Of a DNA stretch of 59,168 bases, positions 35,421-49,619 are shown piece by piece; the first letter of the stretch is position 1, and the number at the start of each line of letters is the position of its first letter. Source of the stretch: Octopus bimaculoides (Eukaryota). A model generated the notes under the pieces. The model was given only the letters and a program-made list of their open reading frames with translations. It was not told the DNA's origin and ran no database searches. The stretch covers positions 36,074,258-36,133,425 of the forward strand of contig NC_068991.1 of NCBI RefSeq assembly GCF_001194135.2, written 5' to 3'. The position numbers and the translations under genes are program-made.

Positions 35421-36159
35421 GGATTGAATCTTTGGGCAAATCTCAAACCTCTGATGTCAATTGTAACTGATAAGAGCAGTTCTGAAATCCTAACTTGGTA
35501 GTTTATCACTGCATTTGTTGTTGCAGTCAGAAAATATTTATTTCTATAAAAATAAGATGTTAACATTGTTAAGGCAATATTCATATAAGTGCTGACCTCA
35601 CAATCATCAAACGGTGAGTTGAATTCATGGACCGGGTGCCGCATTATGTCACTGATCTAGGAAATTCGTTTCACGTTGTTCCAAACTGCTCAGCTCCAGT
35701 ACTGGTGCAGTTCTCTCTATCTCCATTTGTCAGATCATTAATGCTCCATTTGGTGAAGACTGGGAAGCCATGTCTGCTTACAACTACATCTCTCATTTTG
35801 ATAGAATCAAGCCACGAATTGTTCAGTCACAAGTACTTGATAACTGCTGCCCCGACTGTTGTATGCTTTTGCTTCAACAGCAATGCCCCATTGGAAAGTC
35901 GTTTCCCAGTCGTCTTCTTAAAACCACAATATATTTTGCAAAAGATATATTGAATTTATGTTTGAACATAATGTACTCTGTAAATGTATACTATAGTTTC
36001 TCTGAATTATTGCTTTATTTAGATTAGAAATTTTAATTCTAGAATCTTAGTATATAGAAGCGAAGTTTTCATCAATATGTATCACTGATCAGAGATTATA
36101 GTGATTTAAATAGCGCTTACATTTGTACTAAATGTAGTGATGCCAAGCTCAGAGAAGCC

Positions 36160-36340
36160 ATGGTGGTTGAGCAGAATCATTAGATTACCAACAGAAATCC
36201 CTGCAGGATTTCATCATAGCCTTTTATCTTCTGGGTTCAAATCACTCTAAGGTCAACTTTTGTTGTTTTATCCTTATGGGAGTAAAAAAAAATCGAGAAC
36301 CGACCAGTACTGGAATAGATATTGATTGTTCCCGCCCTGA
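36160..36340 (+). mobile_element. Decayed SINE family B
   Basis: gcagaatcattag...ctgggttcaaatc...aggtcaactttt...tttatcctt. Confidence 0.5.
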
Positions 36341-36650
36341 AAAATTTATGTATTATATCTAAGAAATCCACATCATTATTTCCTTTAGCCTCTGCCCTTG
36401 CATTCAGTCCTTTTCCTCCATAGGTAACGTAAAATAGGTCTAATTGCAATTTTTCACCACTGATTATCAAAGGTGTAAAATAAAGAACAAAACAATCAAT
36501 GTTTATAAGTTATATATAAAAATAAAGAATAAAGAATTTAGCAACGATCGGAGAACAGGTTGTATTCAATTGATGATATAACATAGAGATACAAGTTCGC
36601 AAAAGCAATCAGTGAACATCCGAAAAAAACTTTTTTATCTTAACCTGGTA

Positions 36651-36696
<46 letters not shown>

Positions 36697-36701
36697 TATA
36701 G

Positions 36702-36742
<41 letters not shown>

Positions 36743-36934
36743 TTATGTCCTCTCTCTATATAATAACGTATATTATTTAGAATCCATAGGTGTATGTGTG
36801 TACACTTATATGTAATAACTAAATAGTTTTGAAGAATAACTCATATTTCAGTTGTTTAAAAGTATTCAGTTTCTTTCGTAACTCTTAAGTGTATTGAGTC
36901 CTTTCATTTGCCGAATCCATTATGAAACAAACAT

Positions 36935-36968
<34 letters not shown>

Positions 36969-37722
36969 TGTATGTATGTATGTGTGTGTTTGTGTGTATA
37001 TGTATGTATCTGTGTCGATATATATTTTTATATGTATGTCTATATATATATATGAAAATATGAATGTATATATGCGTGCATACGCACCGGCGGTCACATA
37101 TATATGCCTGCTTGTCTATATGTGTGTGCCAAAATGTATATTCAGAATGAGATGTTTTATGATGATAAAGCTATTCATCAGAATTTTTGCCCAATATGAT
37201 AGTAAAATGAAATAGTTTTTTGTCCTTATTCTTCTTATTATTGTCATTTATCATGATGATGCTCCATCGAATATTGGCTTCTTGTGTGAATATTGCAGGA
37301 AGAATTGAATATTCAAGTTTTATTGTCTGATGACAGAATTCTTTGTTATTGGTTTAGGAAATGTGAAAATGTTTCTATTTTTTCTCCCTGATATTAGTAT
37401 ATTTATGATTCTCCGACGTTATTTAATCAGTTTTTCAATGTTATTTATTTGTTTTATCACCTGTTGCTTATATATTTATTAACATTTCATTTATTTTTTA
37501 TTATAATTTCGGATTATAAAATACTTTAAGGGTTTATTTGCTTCTTCGGGGTGATCATAACCATCATATATTGTCAGAAATGGTCACAGAATCATACAGT
37601 CAATGAGGTGAAAATATATTGGGAAAATCAATTATTTTATGCTTTGTGAAAAAACCAGAAGAAAGGAATAGTCACATATTACACATACACGTATATGATG
37701 AACAGTGTGTGTGTGTGTGTGT

Positions 37723-37765
<43 letters not shown>

Positions 37766-38338
37766 TGTGTCTGCGTGTGTGTATATATGTATGTCGTATG
37801 TGTGTGTGTGTATAATATATGTATGTATGCATGAATATGTGTGCGTATGACTTGACCGCTGTGTTCAATCCTCTCTTCCTTACAACATCAACTATATCTA
37901 AAAATACATTTTTGAATTGTCCTTCCTTTTCATACGGCAGCAGAGTGTAATTTATAGGAAATTTGGATGCGAAAACACTTGTAGCTTGAGTAACTTGACA
38001 GAGTCACTTTTTAGGAAGCTGCATACGAAGATAGAATTATAGCCAATTCTATCTATATTAATCTATTCGAGCTGAGATTATAGGAGACCAGAACATCGGG
38101 CATTTTGTCCGAGGCTCTAACGATTCTGCCAATCCTCCGCCAAGAACGGCATCACAAAATACAACAACGTGTTTTGACATCTGCACAAACGATTCTGCCG
38201 ATCTACCGTCAATTTTGCCAATTTATTGCCATTTCTGCCGATCCACCATCTTTTTAATAAGAATAAGAACTACAGCAACAAGCATAGCAAGAACATAAAA
38301 TAAAACATCGATAAACACTTCTAGAAAATCAAAAACAT

Positions 38339-38340
<2 letters not shown>

Positions 38341-38375
<35 letters not shown>

Positions 38376-38474
38376 GAGGAGGAGGAGGAGGAGGAGGAGG
38401 AGGAGGAGGAGGAGGAGGAGGAAGAGGAAGAGGAGGAGAGGGAGGATGAGGAGGAGGAGGAGGAGGAGGAGGAG
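38341..38474 (+). repeat. Compound (AGT)n-(AGG)n microsatellite
   Basis: Seen directly; explains the poly-Leu/Ser ORFs. Confidence 0.95.
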
Positions 38475-38479
38475 GTTGA

Positions 38480-38770
38480 AACCTTTTTCAGTTTTGAAAT
38501 TACGAGGCAAAATGTCTGAATACTCATAACAGACTGGACAGATAAGTTTTTCTTTTGGATTCAGACCTGAATACAACTGACCAAAGAAAGAAACAACTGG
38601 TTGCCAATTTGATTTAAGGTCGTCCATGATCTTTATCAGTAAAGCCAGCCATTTTCTTTCAATTTATTGTTCGATAAAGGCAAATAATTGCCAGTAACAT
38701 TCGGATTTGCTGTGTCATTAGATTCCCAGAAGCAGCGAAATGGAATTATTCAAACCTTTGGGAAAGAAAC
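38480..38770 (-). mobile_element. Decayed RTE LINE C-terminal fragment
   Basis: RFE*FH...; IERKW...IMDD...WQPVVSFFGQLYSG...YSDILPRNFK resembles the RTE post-RT region (FYGEL..G...YKD.LK). Confidence 0.5.
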
Positions 38771-38978
38771 AGATGTTATTTCTCGTCTTTTATTTAACCA
38801 TTCCATTTTAGTTTACAGTAGATCAATATCAACAACAACAGTAACAAATACGACAAAATAGATAATAAGAATAGCAAAATTAATAACAATGATAAATGTC
38901 TCATTACTGTCATTATCAAAAAGGGGCTTTACTCAAGACATTGGAAAGTCCTTATAAAATTCAACGGAATGTTTGTTG

Positions 38979-39023
<45 letters not shown>

Positions 39024-39814
39024 GTCTGTCTGTCTGTCTATCTACACTTATACATGGTTATGTGTGCGTGAGTAAATCTCTTTTATTGAAGGTTTTTCAT
39101 ACTCTTTCTTATTATTTCATTTAAAAGATTAGGTTTAGAAAGTTTTGGTGCGTTAATTGAATTAGGAAGTCTATTTTTCAAACTAAACACAAATGACAAA
39201 TAAACAAATTAAAAAATATATAAAAATCTTGAAGACAGAGTTGAGTCTTCAATATACACACATACATACACATACATGCGCACACATACACCCACGCACG
39301 CACACATGGACAGATACAGACTCATATATATATATATCTATACACATACGCACAAACACATACATATGCACAGTCATACTTATCTATCTTGACCATTTGA
39401 CTCAGATACGCGCTTCTTCGTGTGCTGAGACAGGAAAAATTCTTCACCCACGAGTAGGTCAGACATAGCACAACTGATCAAAAAGAGAAATAACTGAAAT
39501 GAAATGCATTTCAGAGTTGTGCTAGGATGGGGTAAACTTATGCCATCTTCTTTATGCGACAACTACTGAAGTTCGCATCTTAGTGCGAGCCCTTGTAAGC
39601 ATCATTCGCTGGCATGAAGAAAGCCTTTGGCAAGGTACCACACTCCAAAGTCTAGTAGTCGTTAATATTACATGAAAGGGTTTTGGGAGCCATAGAGATC
39701 ACGGAGTCAGGTGCCCTCAGCAAAATGACAGCTCAGCGAAAAATTTAGCGTATACAATGATGATGATGATGAGGAGGATGATGACAACGACGAAGATGAT
39801 GATGGTATAATTAC

Positions 39815-39915
39815 AATCGTCATCATCATTTTATGTCCGTTTTTTCCATGCTTCTGCGGGTTGGATGGTTCTTCTCTAGCATGGCTTCTTGCCCCTTGTG
39901 GTGATTTGTGACCAG
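39815..39915 (-). mobile_element. Family D 3' remnant
   Basis: catcatcattttatgtccgttttttccatgct...gggttggatggtt. Confidence 0.55.
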
Positions 39916-39920
39916 CACAC

Positions 39921-39975
<55 letters not shown>

Positions 39976-40398
39976 TACATTATTGTCTACGTTAGTGGTT
40001 ATAATATCCCCTCTCCCATCGACCATATCATAAAGAAACTAAATATGAAAGACCATTGCCAGCCAGGCCTCATAGATCAAGGTCAGGTTTACTGGACGGT
40101 TTAACCTCAACCACATGTTCCATAACACTCCCCCCCCCCATGTGCACACTACCCCTGATCTCTGATCTAGCTGTTGATGGTGTATAGGTATACCAACTAT
40201 ACATCATTACCATGATTACGCATACAAAAACACAAGCATCTATATTTACATTGGAAGAAAAGAAGGAAATTATGAAGTGTAGTGGAGTGTAATGTTCATT
40301 CTTTTCTTGTAAACGAAGTGAAAATAATACAGCAGGGAACCGATTAGGTTAAATTTTGCGGCACACAACATACAAGTAGTAATATTCCTTCCTTAACA

Positions 40399-40592
40399 AA
40401 GGCGGCAGAATCGATAGCATGTTGGGGCAAAATGCTTTGCAGCATTTCGTCTTTACGTTCTGAGTTCAAATTCCACCAAGGTCGACTTTGCCTTTCGAGA
40501 TCGATAAAATAAATACCAGTTGAGCACTGGGGTCGATCTAATCGACATAACCCTCCCCTGAAATTGCTGGGCTTGGGCCAAAACTTGAAAGC
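40399..40592 (+). mobile_element. SINE family B with 18-bp target-site duplication
   Basis: TSD AATATT(C/T)CTTCCTTAACA at 40381-40398 and 40593-40610. Confidence 0.92.
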
Positions 40593-40974
40593 AATATTTC
40601 TTCCTTAACACTAGAAACAATATGTTACATTTACAATCTAAGGTACTTTTTTAATTACTGCTGGTCTTAGATTGCACAAAACGAGGCGGCTGCATTCTCT
40701 TTTGCTGTTTTACTGACAAGAACATACCCACAAGTCCTGGTTTCAGTGAACGTCTGTAAGCAAAATGCAATGTTAACTTTGGTAGTACTTTTCAGTCGGA
40801 ATTAAAGGTATTGAGACTTGATGTAACCCGATGCTCTTATGACGTTCTTTAAACCAAAATATTATTGATTTCTCACTTTGAAAATAGCAACAAACAGGGT
40901 TGAAAGGAAAACTAATAATCTTCCTACTCGTGGCTCAGGAACACTTACACTATATTTTAATCACGCCAGTCTTA

Positions 40975-41185
40975 TGACAGAGCCTCTCTATGGCTATACG
41001 ACCTGATTGAAACAGTAGCCAAATCATCCCTAAATTACAGCCTTCTGTCTTGAAAATGAAACAACACATGTGATACTACGATTTTTGTTACAAAATGGTT
41101 GAGAGAAAGATGGGGTGGTCATACCTGGAATTTCTATAAGTGTAGGTCTACTCAGGCAATATTGAAGCTAAACAACAGCAACCAG
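40975..41185 (-). mobile_element. Repeat family E copy
   Basis: gagcctct...aacagtagccaaatcatccctaaattac...gatggggtggtcatacctggaat...taggtctactc. Confidence 0.5.
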
Positions 41186-42249
41186 TTAAACCATTAGTAA
41201 ATATAACGGATTCAGTGTTAAAATTTCAAATGATTTATACTGTGTATATATATATATACGACATACTCTCTGTTGTAAACCCAATTCCTACTCTAACAAT
41301 AAATTATCCGTAAGGGACTTTTAGCAGTGAGACATGTCAATCATATCAAATTGCCTGGGTTGCGACATTTGTTTCAAATAAGTGTAAATGGTAATCGCAT
41401 TGAGGGAGAGGGGAAAAAAGAGAGGGGAGAGAAAGAGGGATAGAGAGAGAATTGTTTATGTAGATAGTGAGGTTCCATCAAGTTTGGACGCTACATGCTC
41501 AGAGACGAACGCTCCCTAGATTCTATTAATAGATATCATCCCTATATCTTTCCAAACACTTTCACTCTTATCCAAACGTTTAGTAAAATGCCTATATACA
41601 TATATATATTACTATAATATGTTCATATATTGTGTTGATGTTAGCAAATTAAAATTTCATGTTAACATTTGTATTATAATGAGATTTTGACTGAAATTTA
41701 AGCTAAACTTAGTGTGCGCGCGTTCAGGTAAAATGATGAGCATCAGTTAAAAATTTGAGGGAGGGGGCATAAAATATGAAAAGAGTAATATTGCATCAAT
41801 CATTTTTTCTGTTTAGTCATCTACAGGACTCAAAGTTACATTTGATTCCAAGTATCTAATCATTAAGTGAAAGACAAATTCAGATAAAAATGACAATACA
41901 AATAGTGGATGTTCTCGCTGGTAAGATTTGAGCTTAGGGGCATTAAAACTATACTTTATGTATGAACAATAATTTTATTAAACATATCATTTATAGATAA
42001 TAACCAAATGCCTCCAGTTTATATTCTTCATCACTCGATGATTCTTTGCGGCAAATATTTAGTTCATTACTGGATGTGGCTTTGGTCCTTTTATTTAATT
42101 CATTTGAAGAAGAAATTTCTTGTTTCTTTATAAATACATCAAAGGTTCCTTGTATATTACAGTCATTTTCTTTTCTTTATAAATTACATGAGAAAGCATC
42201 AGATTATTTAAATCTGGAGCAATTTTTCTGCTTAGAAATTTGAACTTTC

Positions 42250-43460
42250 TGGTTTGAAAATCTCAGTCAATTTTTGAAAATGTGAAAAAGACTCCGTTGA
42301 ACCCTTTGACAATTGAGTAAACAAGAATTTTCATTGTTACTTTGTCAACGTTTTCATAATGCTCTTCCATTTCAATGAGGTTTTATTTGCAATCTATTTA
42401 TCACATGATTGAAACACACCATTTATGAAACACACCATTTATTAATACAAACATAAAGGAGTAACTGATTAGTAATATCAACAACTGTTTCTGTGTAATT
42501 TCGAACAATCTCTAGGTTTTTCATAGTTTTCTTCCTAGCTTTTTACTTAAACACTTTTATCATTTTACGGTATCCAGAAGATTAAAGGATTTCCCAAATT
42601 ATTTTAATGCCGGACCTTATCAATAGCATTTTTTAACTGATCAAATGTATGACCAAGGTAAAACACTTTAATTGCTGCAATTAAACCTTGATCCATTTGT
42701 TACAAAAACGACACTGTAGTTAGAAACATAAACATTAATCTAATATTTGGAGGATGATGTAGAGATTGTGGATGACAAGATGCGATTTATTTACGATCAG
42801 TAGCACATGAAATATTATACTTTTGGCTTCCTAATATTTTTTAACTTCAGATACAAAGTGATGCGAAAACTAACGTAGTATCAATAAAGCAACAAGCCAA
42901 GCTTTTTATCTACTTTCTTTATGACTGGATGTGTCACTTTTACAAGACCTTTAATTGCCCCTGGATTTTCGGCACGATGCACAAGCATAAGCTTTAACCT
43001 ATAGTATTCTGCTACATTACATCTAAACATTAATGCTAACCGATCTTTAGCTGCTTTAAAACCGGGCATCGGTGATTTTTCTTTGCAATATAGCTTCTTG
43101 CCGGCATGAACTTTGGTTTACATTAACCAGGTTACTGTTATTTCTTCTATTCAGTATCAGCACACATGTTTGCCTTACACTTTTACATTTTGCCAACCAA
43201 CTCATTTTTTTTTATTTAAGTATAAAACAGCTATTGCGTGTAGTAAATGTTTTTTCACCATTGTCTTGCTTATATTTAGACGTCATAAAAATAGAAAAGG
43301 TTTTAGTACAAAAAACCCAGTTCTCATAGCAAGCATTATGCTTAATCGTTGCGTTGGATCAGCTAACCATATTTATAAAAGGCTTTTCCATGTAGAGAAT
43401 AAAGTTGGACAGTTCTTTATTTTAGACCAATGTAGATTGCTAGGGAATAAACACTTTTGA
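42250..43460 (-). mobile_element. Tigger/pogo-like transposase fossil
   Basis: MEK..IWLADPTQR (CENP-B-like HTH); MPARSYIAK; MPGFKAAKDRLALMFRCNVAEYYRLKLMLVHRAENPGAIK; DQGLIAAIKVFYL; many frameshifts. Confidence 0.85.
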
Positions 43461-44299
43461 CATCGTTCAAATATTTTTTTCATTCGGATTGGTTTGATGT
43501 GGCGGCAGCATAGATAAGAGGAAAGGAAAGGTGTGCTAACATGCAAGTCTTATCATATGAACCTGAACATTCTCGAGCATCATCAATGCTACTCTGCACC
43601 ACTAGCTCGAGAGATTCAGTCAACATGTGTTGAAATTATTGTAATTTAAGGTCGACTGCTGAAGAAGGGCATGGCCCACATTGCAAACCGAACGTAAACA
43701 TTTTGCAGCTTATTCATGTGACTGCGGTTCCCTCAACATTCGTAAACTTTAAGATAAAAAAATAACTGTAAATGAATAACGGATACACCAAAACAACAGA
43801 AGTAAACATCAAGAAAGAAGAGGGAAATGAAACAAAGTAAAAACAAACAAGAAGAATAAACCCAGAAAAGTAAACGAGTATTTGCGTTACTAAGTAAATA
43901 GCTGGATGAATGCATTGAAGATACATATTAATTTAAGATTTCCAAACATTTACATGTAAATATTTCCATATACATTATGTATGTAGAGCATGGATATTTA
44001 CATGTTTAATACACAAAGCGAGTCAGGTAGGATGAAACGGTTTGCAAGAAATGGTAAAGACGAAAGATAACACACAGCCATTAGTTTTGCATACATCCAT
44101 ACATACATGCATACACATGCACGTACATACGTACTTACATACATTCATACATGCATATATACCTATGTATATGCATGCATAGATACATATATAAACATAT
44201 ATGAATGTATGCATGTATACATATATATATACTTGCATATACATATATACATAAATAAATGCATATGCATACGCGCCTGCACACACACGCACGCATACA

Positions 44300-44354
<55 letters not shown>

Positions 44355-45208
44355 GTATATATATCGTGCGTTTTCTCTTTAATGTAACTCCGAATATGGA
44401 AGGTTAGCATAATCACAATCATTGAAATATTTAATGATATAAAATATAGTTTTATAATCCGATAACCGGAGATAGTTTTTATTGTTTCTGTAATGTGCAA
44501 AGTTATTTAAAGCAATTCCAGTTTGAAAGAGAGAGATAAATAAAAAAAATGTATATGCGTGCGAGTATGTATATGCTTATGGGTGAATGTGTTTATATAA
44601 ATACATACACACACACACAGATGCATGCACACGTTTGATATTTTCTGTTTTGTATATTTTCTATTATTTCCAGTTTTGTTTGTATTTGTAATTGTAATAC
44701 TGAACTTTTTAAACCACACATCTCTCTAAGAGATATCTATTCATATATCTTACATCTGCATTATTCACTCGCTTAATCATGCTCTCTCTTTTTCTCTTTC
44801 TGTATGCACACACATATACACATACATAAACACTCACTGACACATGCACACGGATATTTATTCTCCGTCGAGGATAAGACGCAGTTGCGTGGAAGGCTGT
44901 GGGAACACATTTGCCTCAGCTAATGCTACGCCTTCTGTGCCATCACGGAGAGGACACTGAGAAGATTTTCCAAAAGTAGCTTGCGCAACCGAATCGAAAA
45001 CGAACTGAGAAATTAGTGAGCATTACTAATAGTATGAGTTTGGACAACAAAGACGAAGCGGTTACATGTAATATTGCTCGGTATCAATTCTTGGCGAACT
45101 GAAATTATCATTGGTTCGACTCAAGATAAACAAACACCCAACGATTATTGCTACCCACAGTGAAAGAGAGAGGGAGTCAGGAATGAGAAGAGTGAGTGAG
45201 TGAGAAAG

Positions 45209-45319
<111 letters not shown>

Positions 45320-45929
45320 CAAAGACGTAAACGGTATGTTGAGAATGGGAGATATAAGGATAAAGAAATCGCATTAACTTGCCATTAAAGGAAAACGGTT
45401 TTTCTTATGCTGTAATATTCCATGTATTATGTTGTAATATACTGAAATGTACCATTTCAGTCAAAACTGCTGGTGGAAATTAAATACACTGGACAGAGGT
45501 AAACAACTGTCTTCTATACTGTCACTCATATACATAAACACACAGTGCTGGCCATCTGCAGAGAACCTTAACACGATAGCACTGCTTAACGTGCCAAGTA
45601 ATTGCTATGACTGTTTCAGTTTACCAGATTTCAAACTCTACTTTCTGGTCCGCCCGAGACTATAAAGGAAGACCCTGCTCAATATCTACGCACTGAGATA
45701 GAACCCGTAACGCTGATGTTGCACAGTTTTTTCAAAAGAAAGATAAATACGTATTGTAACATTTATGCTAGTTCAATGAAATTTCCATTAAAATGCGAAT
45801 TGAAACTATATCACAAAGATCATTCGCAAGAGTCGTACCACATTTTTGATAGCATCTGGAGTATTTCATAAAACCAGATCCATCTTTATTCTTTGTTCTG
45901 GGTAAACATCTAAACTATCATCACCCCTT

Positions 45930-46004
<75 letters not shown>

Positions 46005-46884
46005 CAGCAATATCTAGATATTATGAATAAATTATTCAGTTTAGTAATGCATTAAATTATGAACAACATAATTAGTGAATACGTTTTCAACGAAGAAATT
46101 AATAGGCATTTGTGTAAAACCATACTGATGCTTAGCTGTATACACACAATTATATGCATACTTATTCTCTCTCTCTCACACACACACACACATTATTTCT
46201 GCTCTTTGTGTATGTGGGTGTGTGTCTGTGTGTGTGTGTGTATAAAGCGTTGAGACTTTCATCATCATCATCATCATCATTATCATCATCAACATCGTCA
46301 TCATCTTTGCTGTCAACGTCCTTCTTGCCATTCTCGACGCCATTCTCATTTGTATGAGCAAGACCCCTACCACCATTACTCCATCCTCATCTTATGACTA
46401 CTGCTGCTTTGTATTGCTATGTCTGTGTGTGAGGGTCTGTGTGTATATACCATTCGTAGTAATATATANNNNNNNNNNNNNNNNNNNNNNNNNNNNNNNN
46501 NNNNNNNNNNNNNNNNNNNNNNNNNNNNNNNNTATAAAACCAGGGACGTGCTGTCAGAGTAGGCAAATTAGGAAGCCCCTGTCCAGAATAAAATTATAAA
46601 TGATAATTGTTAAATATAAAAAGTAAATTATCAAATTATTTCCTCTTCATTATAAGATTACAAATTTCATGTCAGGAATTAAATTCTTAATTCAGTTGTA
46701 TTATTTTGTTATGAGGAAGATATTTTGCTGCCTTCAATTTATTATGTGTCAACCTATGAAACTTTGCACGTATTCACTTCCAGAATGAATGAAATACTGT
46801 GTCGTTAAGGCATGATAATTTCTACCTTTGTTTTTGCATCGTTATTAGTGAAATGTTTGTGCAACAACAACAACAACAACAACA

Positions 46885-46941
<57 letters not shown>

Positions 46942-47049
46942 GCTGCTGCTGCTGCTGCCGCTGCTAATGTGGTAGTGGTAGTAATTATTATGAGTGGGCC
47001 CGTTCTTAATGCTCACTTTTGGTTTTGATGTTATATAAGTAATTAACGG

Positions 47050-47480
47050 TTAAAACATAATTATTTAGAAAAATAATCATCGGATGTGCATTTATAGAAG
47101 ATCATTTGAGCAGGAAACGTCTTCGAAATGCTTTGGTAGGTTCTAGAGTTGCTTGGTTTATCATGGGGCATATCCAAATAACAGCTTTTCCTGTTGTAAA
47201 AATCCTCTCCACCAATATTAAAATGGCTAGGCGTTATTTAACTGCAGCAAGCGTGAAATGGAATTACCCGTTGATGTTGATGGATTTTGAGACAAAGAAG
47301 TGTAGGATGCAAATTGCTTAATTGATGTTTCATCACTAAACATGATTTATCGTCTCTCCTCCTTTCCCAACTTTTATGATTCTTACAAAATTTCAGATGA
47401 ACCTTCATTATTTCATTGGAAGTCTTGATAATAGTTGGAAGCCTTTCTACAACTATTGCTCAATATCTTAGTGCTGCATT
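47050..47480 (-). mobile_element. Decayed Tc1-like transposase fragment
   Basis: KVHLKFCKNHKSW...(frameshift)MFSDETSIKQF...AVK; typical of the Tc1 region around the first catalytic Asp. Confidence 0.55.
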
Positions 47481-47959
47481 TTCCCGTTCTAAACTGCTTC
47501 TAAGGCATTACTTTTGTGATTGCATGATAATGCTAGATGTAAATAGGGATGCTCACAAAGACGTTGAATCCTACTTTCAGTTTAAATAATAAGGTCTACT
47601 TAAAGACTTGTATTCACAATTTTGCCCAAATGGAGACAAAGCTTTCAGGACAACATCAGCAGCAATGTTTAGGTACATTGATATTTACCTCAACATGGTT
47701 CCATTGCCACATAATGCAATAATTTGAAAGGTTTTCTTTCAATTGAGAATTCCATGTATGATGCAACATTGGAAATGCCAATGGATGAAAGATGAAACAA
47801 TATTTAATCATTCATCTTTCATCACGGTACGTAATAATCATTAACTTTGTTCCAAACATCTGATGATGCATAATTACACTTTATAATTATAACAAAACGT
47901 TTACAATAAAAACTAATTTCGACTTCGTATTCAAGTTTTTGATCAGAATAGTGTGTTTG

Positions 47960-47993
<34 letters not shown>

Positions 47994-48308
47994 AATATAT
48001 GTTATATTAAGATATATATCGCGCGTGCGCACATAGACACACACACACATACACACACTCATACACGTACACAGACACATATATGGATTATACATTACAT
48101 ATACAGGATGTAAAGCTCATATGTACTTTTCTCCCCTACCATCACAACTCTGAAGAAGCTCTCTGTTGGAGACTTCGGAAACTCTACTTCCTACGACAAT
48201 ATAGCTTTATCCTTTGCTACTTTTTAATGTATAATAGGCACACGACACATACTCATATATACATACATCTGCAAGATGTACGGTATGTTAAAACTAAATT
48301 AATATTTT

Positions 48309-48360
<52 letters not shown>

Positions 48361-48766
48361 CACAGTCAAAAGCCAGGTGGTGGTATTAATCCAAATGATG
48401 AATTAAGCAGACGAAACAAACAGAAGCAGACAAAACAAACGCTATCTTGTCCTACACTTTTATGATAGCATCAATTCACATGTTTGGACTTCTACATTAT
48501 TTTATCGATCTCAAAAGGAGGAAAGGCAACGCCGACCTTGCAAGAACTCAGAGCAAAAGATTCAGAACAAATTACCACAGGCATCTTGACATATAATTTA
48601 GTAACACTGCATACAGTATGTCTGAAGGAAAAGATGGATTTGACCACAGCCTGAACGTCTTTGATCCTATATTTGCTGAATAAGATATGACATTGGGCCA
48701 AACAATAACAATAGCAACAACAACAACAACCATCTACTTAGATTTAGTTAAATATCTATCGTGCAG

Positions 48767-49010
48767 TTGGCGGCAAGCTGGCAGAATCGTTACTGAGCTG
48801 GAAAATATACTTTGTGATATTTCTTCCAGCTTAACGTTTTGACTTCAAATACCGTTGGGGTCGACGTTGCCTTTCGGGGTCGACGTTGCTTTTCGGGATC
48901 GACGTTGCCTTTCGGGGTCGATAAAATAAGTACCAGTTGAGTACTGAGGACGACGTACTCGACTTACACCCTCTCCTCAAATTGCTGATCTTGTGCCAAA
49001 AATTGAGACC
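48767..49010 (+). mobile_element. SINE family B with internal 19-bp triplication and 17-bp TSD
   Basis: TSD AAATATCT(A/G)TCGTGCAG at 48750-48766 and 49011-49027; unit GGGGTCGACGTTGCCTTTC x3 at 48857-48913. Confidence 0.92.
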
Positions 49011-49550
49011 AAATATCTGTCGTGCAGGGGACAAGATATGAAACTCTAATCGTTCGGAACTTTATCAGCATAGTCAAATATAACTGAATCTGACTGTCTA
49101 TGTCTTTTGGGGAGAGGAAGTTACTTTGAATAGCTCAGAATAATCACTAGCACATTCCACAATGCATTTTGGTAACAACACTTGAGGAATACACAGAATA
49201 TTACATACTCAGGATATATTTACAAGCTGATTTATTAGACATAATAATTGTCAACAAGGTTAAGGTAAAAATTATATTTTTATGTAATTCATATTTTTTT
49301 TATTACAAAGCGAATAAAATTTTTTGTTAATAAATGGAAAATATCAGATTTTGATATCTTGATTCCTAAAAATTACCGTCCCCTAAAAATATTAAACAAG
49401 AATAATACAAGTATCAAAATATATGGAGAAAAATAAACGCAAAGAATATTTTTGGGTTATATAATCATGCAAAAATACTTATAAATACATGCACACATTT
49501 GTAAGCGAACATAGACTAAAACAAAAAGAAAGAGAAAAGGGGAAGTAGTG

Positions 49551-49619
<69 letters not shown>

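Noticed and set aside
40785-40815. Plus-strand 12-nt acceptor-donor pair (a similar 13-nt pair lies near 57945)
   Set aside because: Weaker donors; their presence shows that such pairs arise by chance.
43659-43700. CTGAAGAAGG...CCGAACGTA hammerhead-like remnant
   Set aside because: One core A is missing and stem I does not pair.
48150-48190. CTGAAGAAG...GGAAA hammerhead-like remnant
   Set aside because: Stems I and III cannot be formed.
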